Shown here piece by piece: positions 33,435 through 41,765 of a DNA stretch of 64,000 nt. The stretch comes from Pseudomonadota bacterium. Its GTDB lineage: Bacteria > Desulfobacterota > Desulfobacteria > Desulfobacterales > JBDRRP01. Location of the stretch: positions 1 through 64,000 of the forward strand of contig JBDRRP010000055.1 in the NCBI GenBank assembly GCA_043825735.1. Reading direction: 5' to 3'. How positions within the stretch are numbered: the first letter of the stretch is position 1; every line of letters starts with the position of its first letter. Below the pieces are notes generated by a model. It did not search any database and was not told the DNA's origin. It worked only from the letters and a program-made list of their open reading frames with translations. Both the position numbers and the translations under genes were made by a program.

Positions 33435-34757
33435 ATGACCGATACGGTAAATTGCCCCAAATGCGGGCATCCCCATCCCGGCGGTGCCGGCGACTGCGAA
33501 AACTGCGGAATCACTTTTGACATCTACGAGGCGGAAAAATCCCGCGCGGAGACCGACAAAGCCAGGGCCGAAGCTGAAGAGCGTTCCCGCATGGAAGCTG
33601 AAGCCCAGAAAAAAGCCCGTCAAGAGAGCCTCGTCCCCTGCCCTAAATGCGCCCATCTCAATGACCCGCTGACGGCTGACTGCCTCAAATGCGGGATCGT
33701 TTTCGCAAAATACTACGACTCCATGAAGGAAGACCTGGCCGAAGATCCGGACAAGTCCGGCGAACTGGCCGCTCTGGAAGAGGCCATCGCCCGGCATGAG
33801 TCGATGAAGGAAAAGCGCCGCAGGGATCTCAAGGAGGAGGCCAAGCGCAAAGAGGCCGAAGAACGCCGACGCCTGGAAGAACTGCGCAAAGAACGCGAGC
33901 GCCAGGAAAAACTGCGCAAGGAGAAAGAGGAAGCGGAACGCCAGGAGCGTGAGCGCCAGAAAGCGCTCAAGCGCGAGCAGGAGGAAAAAGAGCGCCTGGA
34001 GCGTGAGCGACAGGAAAAACTGCGCAAAGAGAAAGAGGAAGCAGAGCGCCAGGAACGCGAGCGCCAGGAAGCCCTCAAGCGAGAGCAGGAAGAAAAAGAG
34101 CGCCAGGAGCGTGAGCGACAGGACGCCCTCAAGCGAGAGCAGGAGGAAAAAGAGCGCCAGGAACGCGAGCATCAGGAAGCGCTTAAGCACGAGCAGGAAG
34201 AAAAAGAGCGCCAGGAAGCCATCAGGCGCGAGCAGGAAGAAAAAGAGCGCCAGGACGCGCTCAAGCACAAACAGGAAGAAAAAGAGCGTCAGGAGCGCGA
34301 GCGCCGAGACGCACGTGAACGGGAAAAAGCCGAAAAAGCCCAGCAGGAAGCGCTTCAGCGCGAGTCGGAAGAAAAAGCCAAACTGGCGTCCCTCCAGCAG
34401 GAAGTGACGGCCAGACAGCAAAGTGAGGAAGAACGGGCCAGAGAGGAGGCGCGCCGCATGGAAATACTCAGCCAGTTGGTAAAACCCAAAGGCACCCTCA
34501 AAAAACTTCTCAAGACGTACGCGGACCAGTTCATCGGCATGAACTACGACAATCCCACCATGATCAAAGAGGTAAAACTGGCCAGTATCAACGACGATCA
34601 CATCAGCGTCGTCACCGAGGCCGAAGGCCTGGTCTACACGTTCCCGCTCACCGCCATTCTCTCTATCATCGAAGGCGTGGACGGCGTCACTGCAGGACCG
34701 GCCAAATCCCAGACCACGTTTCCTCTGATCATTCGTGTCAGCCACCGGACGATCTGA
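33435..34757 (+). CDS. Double zinc-ribbon protein with long charged coiled-coil repeat and small C-terminal domain
   Basis: CPKCG...CENCG and CPKCA...CLKCG; tandem ERERQEALKREQEEK-like units; GGGAGG RBS before ATG 33435. Confidence 0.85.
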   Translation: MTDTVNCPKCGHPHPGGAGDCENCGITFDIYEAEKSRAETDKARAEAEERSRMEAEAQKKARQESLVPCPKCAHLNDPLTADCLKCGIVFAKYYDSMKEDLAEDPDKSGELAALEEAIARHESMKEKRRRDLKEEAKRKEAEERRRLEELRKERERQEKLRKEKEEAERQERERQKALKREQEEKERLERERQEKLRKEKEEAERQERERQEALKREQEEKERQERERQDALKREQEEKERQEREHQEALKHEQEEKERQEAIRREQEEKERQDALKHKQEEKERQERERRDAREREKAEKAQQEALQRESEEKAKLASLQQEVTARQQSEEERAREEARRMEILSQLVKPKGTLKKLLKTYADQFIGMNYDNPTMIKEVKLASINDDHISVVTEAEGLVYTFPLTAILSIIEGVDGVTAGPAKSQTTFPLIIRVSHRTI

Positions 34758-34767
34758 TGATGCGATG

Positions 34768-35074
34768 TTGATGCCTTCGTAAAAAGTCGGAAATCACCAC
34801 AGGGGACACAGAGCGCGCAGAGACAATCCATTGCGGACTTTACGGAGCACACGGAGGTTTTTTAAGCCAAAAAGAATATATCTCGCGCAGAGGCGCGGAG
34901 ACGCAGAGAACTGCAAAAAATGGAATTGCGCGAGTGTCTTTCCCTGCGTCTCCGCGCCTCTGCGCGAGATATGAATTATAAAATGTGCCCTCCATGACTG
35001 GTTCAACATCACTGTGGGAAGAGCTCCGCTGGAGCATTCTGCATAAGCGGATACACTTTTTACGGTTTCCTCAA
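34768..35074. mobile_element. Composite MITE-like element with nested 33-bp inverted repeat
   Basis: Outer ends TTGATGCCTTCGTAAAAAG / CTTTTTACGGTTTCCTCAA; inner IR 34878-34910 versus 34940-34972 (1 mismatch). Confidence 0.75.
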
Positions 35075-35153
35075 TATTGGCTGTAAAACATTTCCACTGT
35101 CCTTCGGTCTCACTCCGGGCACACTGCGCAAGTGACTCTCCTGACGGCGACTT

Positions 35154-36617
35154 ATGAAAACTTTCCTCTTCTACGATCTGGAAACCAGCGGCCTCAACCC
35201 CGCCTTCGATCAGATCCTGGAGTTCGCCGCCATCCGCACCGACACGGCATTCGCGGAGCTGTCGCGGCACCATATCATGGTGCGCCTGCGTCCCGATGTG
35301 GTGCCTTCCCCCCGTGCCCTGCTGACGCAGGGTCGCCCGGTGGAAGCGTTTCTCGACGGTACTGTGGAAATCGATGCCGTCAAACAAATCCACGATCTGG
35401 CGAACGCTCCAGAGACGGTGAGCGTAGGGTACAACAGCCTGGGCTTTGATGATGCGTTTTTACGGTTCGCCTTTTACCGCAACCTGTTGCCCCCCTATTC
35501 GCACCAGTACGCCTCCGGCTGCGCGCGCATGGATATTCTTCCCATTGCGACGGTATATTATCTTTACCGGCCCCAAGTCCTGGTCTGGCCCACGGTGACC
35601 GGCAAAACGTCTTTGAAGCTGGAGCATCTCAACGCCGCCAATGCACTGGCCTCCGGCCGTGCCCACAATGCCATGGTGGATGTTGAGGCCACAGTGGCGC
35701 TGACCCGTCGGCTGGCGGCTGAAACAGACATGTGGAACTACCTGACAGCCTCGTTTTCAAAAACCATTGACCAGGATCGCATGGACCGGCTGCCGGAAGC
35801 ACTGAGCGCCGCCTCCGGTAGTCACGCCATGGGCCTGATGATCGCACCGATCTTCGGTGCCGAAGCCGGTTTCACGGCGCCGGTGCTATCGCTGGGCGCG
35901 TCCATCCCATACAAAAACCAGAGCCTGTGGCTGCGGCTGGATAGACCGGAGATTTCGGATACAACGCCTGAGTCGGTTGACACCACTACTTGGGTGATTC
36001 GCAAGAAGGCGGGCGAGCCGGCGATGCTCCTCCCGCCGCTGGAGCGTTACCTGAAACGGATGGCGCCGGATCGTTGGAAGCTGGCCCAGGACACGATCGC
36101 CTGGTTGAAGCGCACTCCGACCACGTTCCAGCAGATCGTTCGCTACCACCGCCACTACCGGTACCCGGATGTGCCCGGTGTCGACGTTGACGCAGCCCTG
36201 TACCTCAACGGGTTTCCCTCCCCGCGTGATCAGGGGCTCTGCAGAGAATTCCACCGGGCAAAGGGCCCGGAGCGGTGCGCATTGGTAGATAGCTTCGACA
36301 GCGCACACCTGAGGGAACTGGCAGGGCGAATCATCATGAGAAACACCCCCGAGCTGCTGAGTGGCGCGCTCCAGGAAGAGGCCACTCTTTTCGCCGATCG
36401 CGTTCATCCCGGCGCCAGTGCCGAGGCCATGGTGGACTACCGGGGCCAGCAGCGGTTGACCCCACTGGCCGCCCTCAACGAAATCGCCGCCCTGCGTGCC
36501 GATCCCGAAGCCTCTGATCTGGATACGGCAGTAATCGACTCGCTGGAGCGCTACCTAAGAAAACACTTCGACATCTCCCCCGAGAGCCACGTGGCGGATC
36601 GGCAAGAGGCCCCATGA
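35154..36617 (+). CDS. sbcB: Exodeoxyribonuclease I (SbcB-like DEDDh exonuclease)
   Basis: FLFYDLETSG, FAAIRTD, GYNSLGFDD, SLKLEHL, AHNAMVDV, DVDAALY. Confidence 0.87.
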   Translation: MKTFLFYDLETSGLNPAFDQILEFAAIRTDTAFAELSRHHIMVRLRPDVVPSPRALLTQGRPVEAFLDGTVEIDAVKQIHDLANAPETVSVGYNSLGFDDAFLRFAFYRNLLPPYSHQYASGCARMDILPIATVYYLYRPQVLVWPTVTGKTSLKLEHLNAANALASGRAHNAMVDVEATVALTRRLAAETDMWNYLTASFSKTIDQDRMDRLPEALSAASGSHAMGLMIAPIFGAEAGFTAPVLSLGASIPYKNQSLWLRLDRPEISDTTPESVDTTTWVIRKKAGEPAMLLPPLERYLKRMAPDRWKLAQDTIAWLKRTPTTFQQIVRYHRHYRYPDVPGVDVDAALYLNGFPSPRDQGLCREFHRAKGPERCALVDSFDSAHLRELAGRIIMRNTPELLSGALQEEATLFADRVHPGASAEAMVDYRGQQRLTPLAALNEIAALRADPEASDLDTAVIDSLERYLRKHFDISPESHVADRQEAP

Positions 36618-37768
36618 TCGACGTTGACTTCGACACCGTCATCGACAGACGAAACACCGACAGTCTCAAATGGGAGAAATACCGCGGCACCGGTATTCTA
36701 CCCCTGTGGGTGGCCGACATGGACTTTGCATCACCACCGGCGGTCATTGCGGCGCTCCAAGAGCGTGCGGCCCACGGCGTCTTCGGCTACACCGTACCTT
36801 CCCGGGAATTGACGGAAACCATCATTTCCCGCTTTGCACGTCTCTACCGCTGGTCCATCGCGCCGGAATGGATCGTGTGGCTGCCGGGGCTGGTGACAGG
36901 CCTCAACGTCGTCTGCCGGGGGATCGGCGCGCCGGGTGACCATGTCATGACCGCCACTCCGGTATATCCTCCGTTTCTATCCGGCCCCGGCAACAATGAT
37001 AAAACCCTCATCACCGTACCCTTGAGAAACGAGGAGAACCGCTGGTTCATGGCCATCTCCGATTTCGAGAAGGCCGTCACCGAACGTACCCGGCTCTACA
37101 TCCTGTGCAACCCCCATAATCCGGTCGGGCGGATGTTTGAGCGCAGCGAGCTCACGGCGCTGCTCGATTTTTGCTGCGCCCACGATCTGGTGATCTGCTC
37201 GGATGAGATTCACTGCGACCTGATTCTGGACGAGCGCAAACAGCACATCCCGTTTGCATCGCTGGGGCCCGAGGCCGCCGATCGGTGCATTTCCTTGTTT
37301 GCACCCAGCAAAACGTATAATATTCCGGGCCTGGGATGCGCCTTTGCCGTCATCTCCAATACCGGACTGCGGCGCCGGTTCAAGACCGCCATGCAGCGCA
37401 TCGTACCGGAGATCAACTGCTTTGGATATGTGGGCGCCCTGGCCGCCTATCGACACGGCGACGCATGGCTTGCCGCCCTTCTGGAAGCGCTGAGGGAAAA
37501 CCACCGCCATGTTCAAAAGGCCGTCGCCGGGATGCCCGGCGTCACCATGACCCCTGTGGAAGCCACCTATCTCGCCTGGCTGGACATGCGCCCTACCGGA
37601 ATTAAAGAGCTGGTTAAATTTTTCGAAGCTGCCGGCGTGGGACTCTCGGACGGTACCGAATTCGGCCTGCCGGGGTTTGTGCGGCTCAACTTCGGCTGTC
37701 CGTCGTCGACGCTGCACGCGGCGCTGACCCGCATGCAGCAGGCATTGGCAAAGGAAGTGACGCGATGA
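36614..37768 (+). CDS. PatB/MalY family PLP-dependent C-S lyase
   Basis: LPLWVADMDF, HGVFGY, LCNPHNPVG, SDEIHCD, APSKTYNIPG, ATYLAWLD, RLNFGC. Confidence 0.93.
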   Translation: MIDVDFDTVIDRRNTDSLKWEKYRGTGILPLWVADMDFASPPAVIAALQERAAHGVFGYTVPSRELTETIISRFARLYRWSIAPEWIVWLPGLVTGLNVVCRGIGAPGDHVMTATPVYPPFLSGPGNNDKTLITVPLRNEENRWFMAISDFEKAVTERTRLYILCNPHNPVGRMFERSELTALLDFCCAHDLVICSDEIHCDLILDERKQHIPFASLGPEAADRCISLFAPSKTYNIPGLGCAFAVISNTGLRRRFKTAMQRIVPEINCFGYVGALAAYRHGDAWLAALLEALRENHRHVQKAVAGMPGVTMTPVEATYLAWLDMRPTGIKELVKFFEAAGVGLSDGTEFGLPGFVRLNFGCPSSTLHAALTRMQQALAKEVTR

Positions 37769-37837
37769 TGCGATGCGGTATGCGCGGGGTGCTCGCCCTG
37801 TTGTTGTTATTGTCGGCGCTGACGCCGCCGATAACAC

Positions 37838-37866
37838 TTGACGCGATTCCGGGCATGGGATATGAA
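37838..37866 (+). promoter_or_regulatory. sigma70-like promoter of the Ni/Co transporter operon
   Basis: TTGACG - 17 bp - TATGAA. Confidence 0.6.
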
Positions 37867-37872
37867 AAGCGC

Positions 37873-37989
37873 TAATAAAACGGCAGGCTGAAGCCTGTTT
37901 TGATCATGCTGTCATAGTCGCCACGCAGTGAATTCCAGCCACGAAGGCGGCGTCCGAAAGGACGCGTTTTCGTGGTTTTTTTTGGCGAC
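37873..37989 (+). promoter_or_regulatory. Structured 5' leader with intrinsic terminator (candidate attenuator/riboswitch)
   Basis: Hairpin CAGGC-TGAA-GCCTG; terminator 37939-37975 with GAAA loop plus T8; competing complementary segments. Confidence 0.65.
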
Positions 37990-38027
37990 ACCACACAATC
38001 CCGATAGGCATCGTCAAAGGAGGTACC

Positions 38028-38807
38028 ATGCTTCAGCGTCAGGCTCTGCCCGCCACCGTCGTCGCGATCGTCTTGACCCTCTTTTTTTGCACTGGGGCAT
38101 CAGCCCATTTCGGCATGGTGATCCCGTCGGACACCATGGTGATGCAGGAAGACAACCGTACCGTGAGCGTCGCCCTCTCTTTTTCCCACCCCATGGAGAT
38201 GAAGGGCATGGACCTATCCAAGCCCAAGGTCTTCTCCGTCTACGTCGGCCATCGCCCCGAGGATCTGCGGAGCGCGCTCAGGCCTTTCCGTGTCATGGAC
38301 CACGCGGCCTGGACGGCCGACTACAAGATCACCCGGCCCGGCGTCTATAGCTTCGTCATGGAGCCGCAGCCCTACTGGGAGCCGGCCGAGGATTGCTACA
38401 TCGTGCACCTCACCCGTAGCGTCGTCACCGCCTTCGGCGACGACGAGGGCTGGGACGCCGAGCTGGGGCTGAAGACGGAGATCGTGCCACTGGCCAAGCC
38501 CTACGGTCTCTATGCCGGCAACGTCTTTCAGGGCATCGTGAAACTGGACGGCAAGCCGGTCCCCTTTGCTGAGGTGGAGGTGGAATTCTATAACAAGGAC
38601 AAGATCGCCCACGCCCCCACCGACTACATGGTGACGCAGACCGTCAAGGCCGACGGTGCCGGCATCTTCACCTACGCGCCGCCAGCCCCCGGTTGGTGGG
38701 GATTCGCTGCCCTGAACACCGCCGACTATACGATCAAGCACGACGGCGTAGACAAAGACGTGGAGCTGGGAGCTGTCCTCTGGGTCTTTTTCCATCCCTG
38801 GAAATAA
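38028..38807 (+). CDS. DUF4198-type periplasmic Ni/Co uptake protein (NikK-like)
   Basis: Signal peptide ending ASA then His; FSHPME, PYWEPAED, EIVPL..PY, GWWGFAAL; context. Confidence 0.8.
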   Translation: MLQRQALPATVVAIVLTLFFCTGASAHFGMVIPSDTMVMQEDNRTVSVALSFSHPMEMKGMDLSKPKVFSVYVGHRPEDLRSALRPFRVMDHAAWTADYKITRPGVYSFVMEPQPYWEPAEDCYIVHLTRSVVTAFGDDEGWDAELGLKTEIVPLAKPYGLYAGNVFQGIVKLDGKPVPFAEVEVEFYNKDKIAHAPTDYMVTQTVKADGAGIFTYAPPAPGWWGFAALNTADYTIKHDGVDKDVELGAVLWVFFHPWK

Positions 38808-38811
38808 AGCC

Positions 38812-39444
38812 ATGCACATCTCCGAAGGCGTTCTCAGTGCCCCGGTGCTCGTCACCGGGGCCGCAGTTGCGGCCACCGGCATCTTGATCGGCCTCCGCCG
38901 GCTGGATCTGGAGCGGGTGGCCCAGGCCGGCATGCTGTCAGCCGCCTTTTTCGTGGCCTCGCTGATCCATGTTCCCGTCGGCCCTTCCAGCGTCCACCTC
39001 ATCCTAAACGGCATCGTGGGGCTCCTGCTGGGGTGGGGGGCGTTTCCCGCCATCTTCACGGCGCTGCTGCTCCAGGCCATGCTCTTTCAGTTCGGGGGCA
39101 TCACCACCCTCGGCGTCAACACGGTCGTCATGGCGGCCCCGGCGGTGCTCTGTTACTATCTCTTCGGTCCCCTGGTGAGCCGGAAGCCGTCGGTATCCAC
39201 GGCAGCAGCCTTCGCCTGCGGTGCCGGGTCGGTCTTTCTCGGAACCCTGCTCGTGGCCGCCAGCCTCATGCTCACCGAGAGCAGTTTCATGGAGGTGGCG
39301 GCGCTGGCTGTTGCGGCCCATCTGCCGGTGATGGTCATCGAGGGCGTGATCACCGTCTTCTGCGTCGCCTTCCTCAAGAAAGTCAAACCGGACATGCTGC
39401 CCGGCGGCACCGACGACCGACCCGCCGGGACACCGTCCGGGTAA
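38812..39444 (+). CDS. cbiM: CbiM/NikM ECF substrate-specific component
   Basis: MHISEG N-terminus, SLIHVPVGPSSVHL, GGITTLGVN, IEGVIT. Confidence 0.92.
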   Translation: MHISEGVLSAPVLVTGAAVAATGILIGLRRLDLERVAQAGMLSAAFFVASLIHVPVGPSSVHLILNGIVGLLLGWGAFPAIFTALLLQAMLFQFGGITTLGVNTVVMAAPAVLCYYLFGPLVSRKPSVSTAAAFACGAGSVFLGTLLVAASLMLTESSFMEVAALAVAAHLPVMVIEGVITVFCVAFLKKVKPDMLPGGTDDRPAGTPSG

Positions 39445-39460
39445 ATACCAAGGATCCGCT

Positions 39461-40084
39461 ATGAACCCATCGTGCAAAGCCCTTATCCCGGTCATCGTCC
39501 TGGCCACGCTCCTGCTGGCCCCCATGGCCCACGCCCACAAAGTCACCATCTTCGCCTGGGCCGAAGGTGACACGGTCCACACCGAGAGCAAGTTCAGTGG
39601 TGGAAAAATGGTCAAACACGGCAAGGTGGAAGTCTTCGACAAGACCGGCAATCGGCTGTTGGAAGGGGAAACCGACGACAATGGCGCATTTTCCTTCAAG
39701 GCGCCGAAAATCATCGACCTGAAGATCGAACTCACCGCCGGCATGGGACACAAGAACACGTGGACCCTGCCGGCCTCCGAACTGGCCCCGGCGGCGGCCA
39801 CGTCGCCAGCGCCCGACACCACCCCGGCGTCCACAGTCGGTGGTCCGCCAGCCCTGCCGGCCCCGCCGCCCGCCGCTGGGGCCGGAGCGCTCACCCCGGA
39901 GATCGTCGAGGCTATTGTCGCCCGCCAGTTGGACCGCAAGATCGCGCCGATCATGCATATGATGGTGGCCGAGCAAGAAAAGGGACCGTCCGTGAGCGAT
40001 ATCCTCGGCGGCATCGGCTACATCATCGGGCTGGTGGGGCTGGGCGCCTACCTCCGGTACCGCCGACAGGAGCTTCGGCCGTGA
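39461..40084 (+). CDS. NikL/CbiL-like accessory protein
   Basis: Signal peptide then AH-KVTIFAW, EGETDDNGAFSF, AGMGH, C-terminal TM DILGGIGYIIGL. Confidence 0.75.
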   Translation: MNPSCKALIPVIVLATLLLAPMAHAHKVTIFAWAEGDTVHTESKFSGGKMVKHGKVEVFDKTGNRLLEGETDDNGAFSFKAPKIIDLKIELTAGMGHKNTWTLPASELAPAAATSPAPDTTPASTVGGPPALPAPPPAAGAGALTPEIVEAIVARQLDRKIAPIMHMMVAEQEKGPSVSDILGGIGYIIGLVGLGAYLRYRRQELRP

Positions 40085-40833
40085 TCCGGGAGCCGTTCGC
40101 GGAGGGGCACTCCTGGATGCACCGCATCGACCCCCGGTTGCGGGTCGTCGGCGCCTCGGCTTTCACCGTCCTGGTGGCCGTGGCGGACGCGCCGCCGGCC
40201 CTGTTCACAGCCCTTGGGCTTTCTGTCGTCGCCGCCGCCGCCGCACGGCTCAACGCCGCCGAGGTGGCCCGCCACCTTAAGGGTCCGGCGCTCTTCGTGC
40301 TCATGCTGTGGGCCGTCCTGCCCTGGTCCTACGAGGGCCCGGCGCTGGCGCACCTCGGCCCCTTAACCCTCACCCGGCCAGGGGTCGCTCTTTGCGCCCA
40401 GATCAGCCTGAAGACCACTGCCCTGCTCGTGACCTTCATGGCCCTGGTGGCCACCATGAGCGTAGACACCCTGGGCCACAGCCTGAGCCGGCTGCGGGTA
40501 CCCGACAAGGCAGTCTACCTGCTGCTCATCACCTACCGCTACATCTTCGTCCTGGAACAGGAGTACCAGCGCCTCGTGCGGGCCATTAAAATCCGCAACT
40601 TCCATCCGGGCACCAACCTCCACAGCTACCGGACCTACGCCTACCTTGTGGGCATGCTTTTCGTGCGGGCCTCAGAGCGGGCGCACCGGGTTCACTGCGC
40701 CATGATCTGCCGGGGGTTCAGCGGCCGTTTCATCAGCCTCCGAAGCTACCCCGCTGACGGCCTCAACCGCGTGTTCTCCCTGACCGTGGCGCTTTGCCTG
40801 GTGCTGCTCGCCACCCTCCAGTACTGGAAATGA
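40081..40833 (+). CDS. cbiQ: CbiQ/NikQ ECF transmembrane (T) component
   Basis: GTG start overlapping upstream stop; HRIDPR, TYRYI, AMICRGF. Confidence 0.9.
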   Translation: MIREPFAEGHSWMHRIDPRLRVVGASAFTVLVAVADAPPALFTALGLSVVAAAAARLNAAEVARHLKGPALFVLMLWAVLPWSYEGPALAHLGPLTLTRPGVALCAQISLKTTALLVTFMALVATMSVDTLGHSLSRLRVPDKAVYLLLITYRYIFVLEQEYQRLVRAIKIRNFHPGTNLHSYRTYAYLVGMLFVRASERAHRVHCAMICRGFSGRFISLRSYPADGLNRVFSLTVALCLVLLATLQYWK

Positions 40834-40921
40834 TTTGCAGCCCGGGGAGCACCGTGCTACACAGGCGCGTGATCCGAAGCGTTAGCCAACCGGCCCGACA
40901 TCCCCTGAAGGCGTGCCGCCC

Positions 40922-41644
40922 ATGAGCCAGCCCATCATCGAACTCTCCAAAATCCGCTTCGGCTACCCGGGCGGCCCTCCCGTGCTGGACGACCTTAACT
41001 TTCACCTGCACGAGGGCGACAGAATCGGCATCGTGGCGCCCAACGGCAGCGGTAAAACCACGCTTTTTCACGTCATCATGGGCCTGATCAAGCCCCAGGC
41101 CGGTACGGTAACCGTCTTCGGCACACCGTGCCGGAGCGAAAAGGATTTCACTGCAGTGCGAAGACGGATCGGCCTTCTGTTCCAGGACGCCGACGACCAA
41201 CTGTTTTCCCCAACGGTCCTCGAAGACGTGGCCTTCGGACCGCTGAACCTGGGCAAACCACCGGAGGAGGCCGCCGCGGTGGCGCTCCGGACGCTGGCCT
41301 TTCTGGGCCTGGAGGGATTCGAGGATCGGATTACCTACAAGCTGTCCGGCGGCGAGAAACGCCTGGTATCACTGGCCACCGTACTGTCCATGTCGCCGGA
41401 AGTGCTACTCCTGGACGAGCCGTCCACCGGATTGGACGCCGCCACCAAATCGACACTCATCGACATCCTCAACACCCTGGATCTTTCCTTTGTTCTCATC
41501 TCCCACGAGTTCGATTTTCTCTCAAAAACCGCCCGGCATATCTACACCTTGGACCAGGGCCGGATCCTGCTGGATGAAGAACTGCATATCCACACCCATC
41601 ATCATGCCCATTCCATGGGCAAGCGGCCCCACAGGCACGTATAG
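40922..41644 (+). CDS. cbiO: CbiO/NikO ECF ATPase with His-rich tail
   Basis: APNGSGKT, FQDADDQLF, DVAFGP, LSGGE, LLDEP. Confidence 0.92.
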   Translation: MSQPIIELSKIRFGYPGGPPVLDDLNFHLHEGDRIGIVAPNGSGKTTLFHVIMGLIKPQAGTVTVFGTPCRSEKDFTAVRRRIGLLFQDADDQLFSPTVLEDVAFGPLNLGKPPEEAAAVALRTLAFLGLEGFEDRITYKLSGGEKRLVSLATVLSMSPEVLLLDEPSTGLDAATKSTLIDILNTLDLSFVLISHEFDFLSKTARHIYTLDQGRILLDEELHIHTHHHAHSMGKRPHRHV

Positions 41645-41765
41645 CCACGCGTTCATACCGCCCCCTGCGAGTATAAATTTTCCTGGCAATCCAAAGGGTT
41701 GAAGTTGGTTTCCGGCGCTATTCGCCTTGACACCGAAACGCCTCTTTACGTATAGTTATTCACTC

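Noticed and set aside
33417..34745. 442-aa hydrophobic ORF on the - strand
   Set aside because: Antisense shadow of the E/R/K/Q-rich repeat protein; the F/L richness follows from reverse-complemented codons
37805..37837. NikR operator (TGTTAT...ATAACA) upstream of the Ni/Co operon
   Set aside because: Half-sites are about 20 bp apart, longer than the 13-16 bp I expect, and the interior is also complementary; it fits an RNA hairpin after patB better, though not excluded
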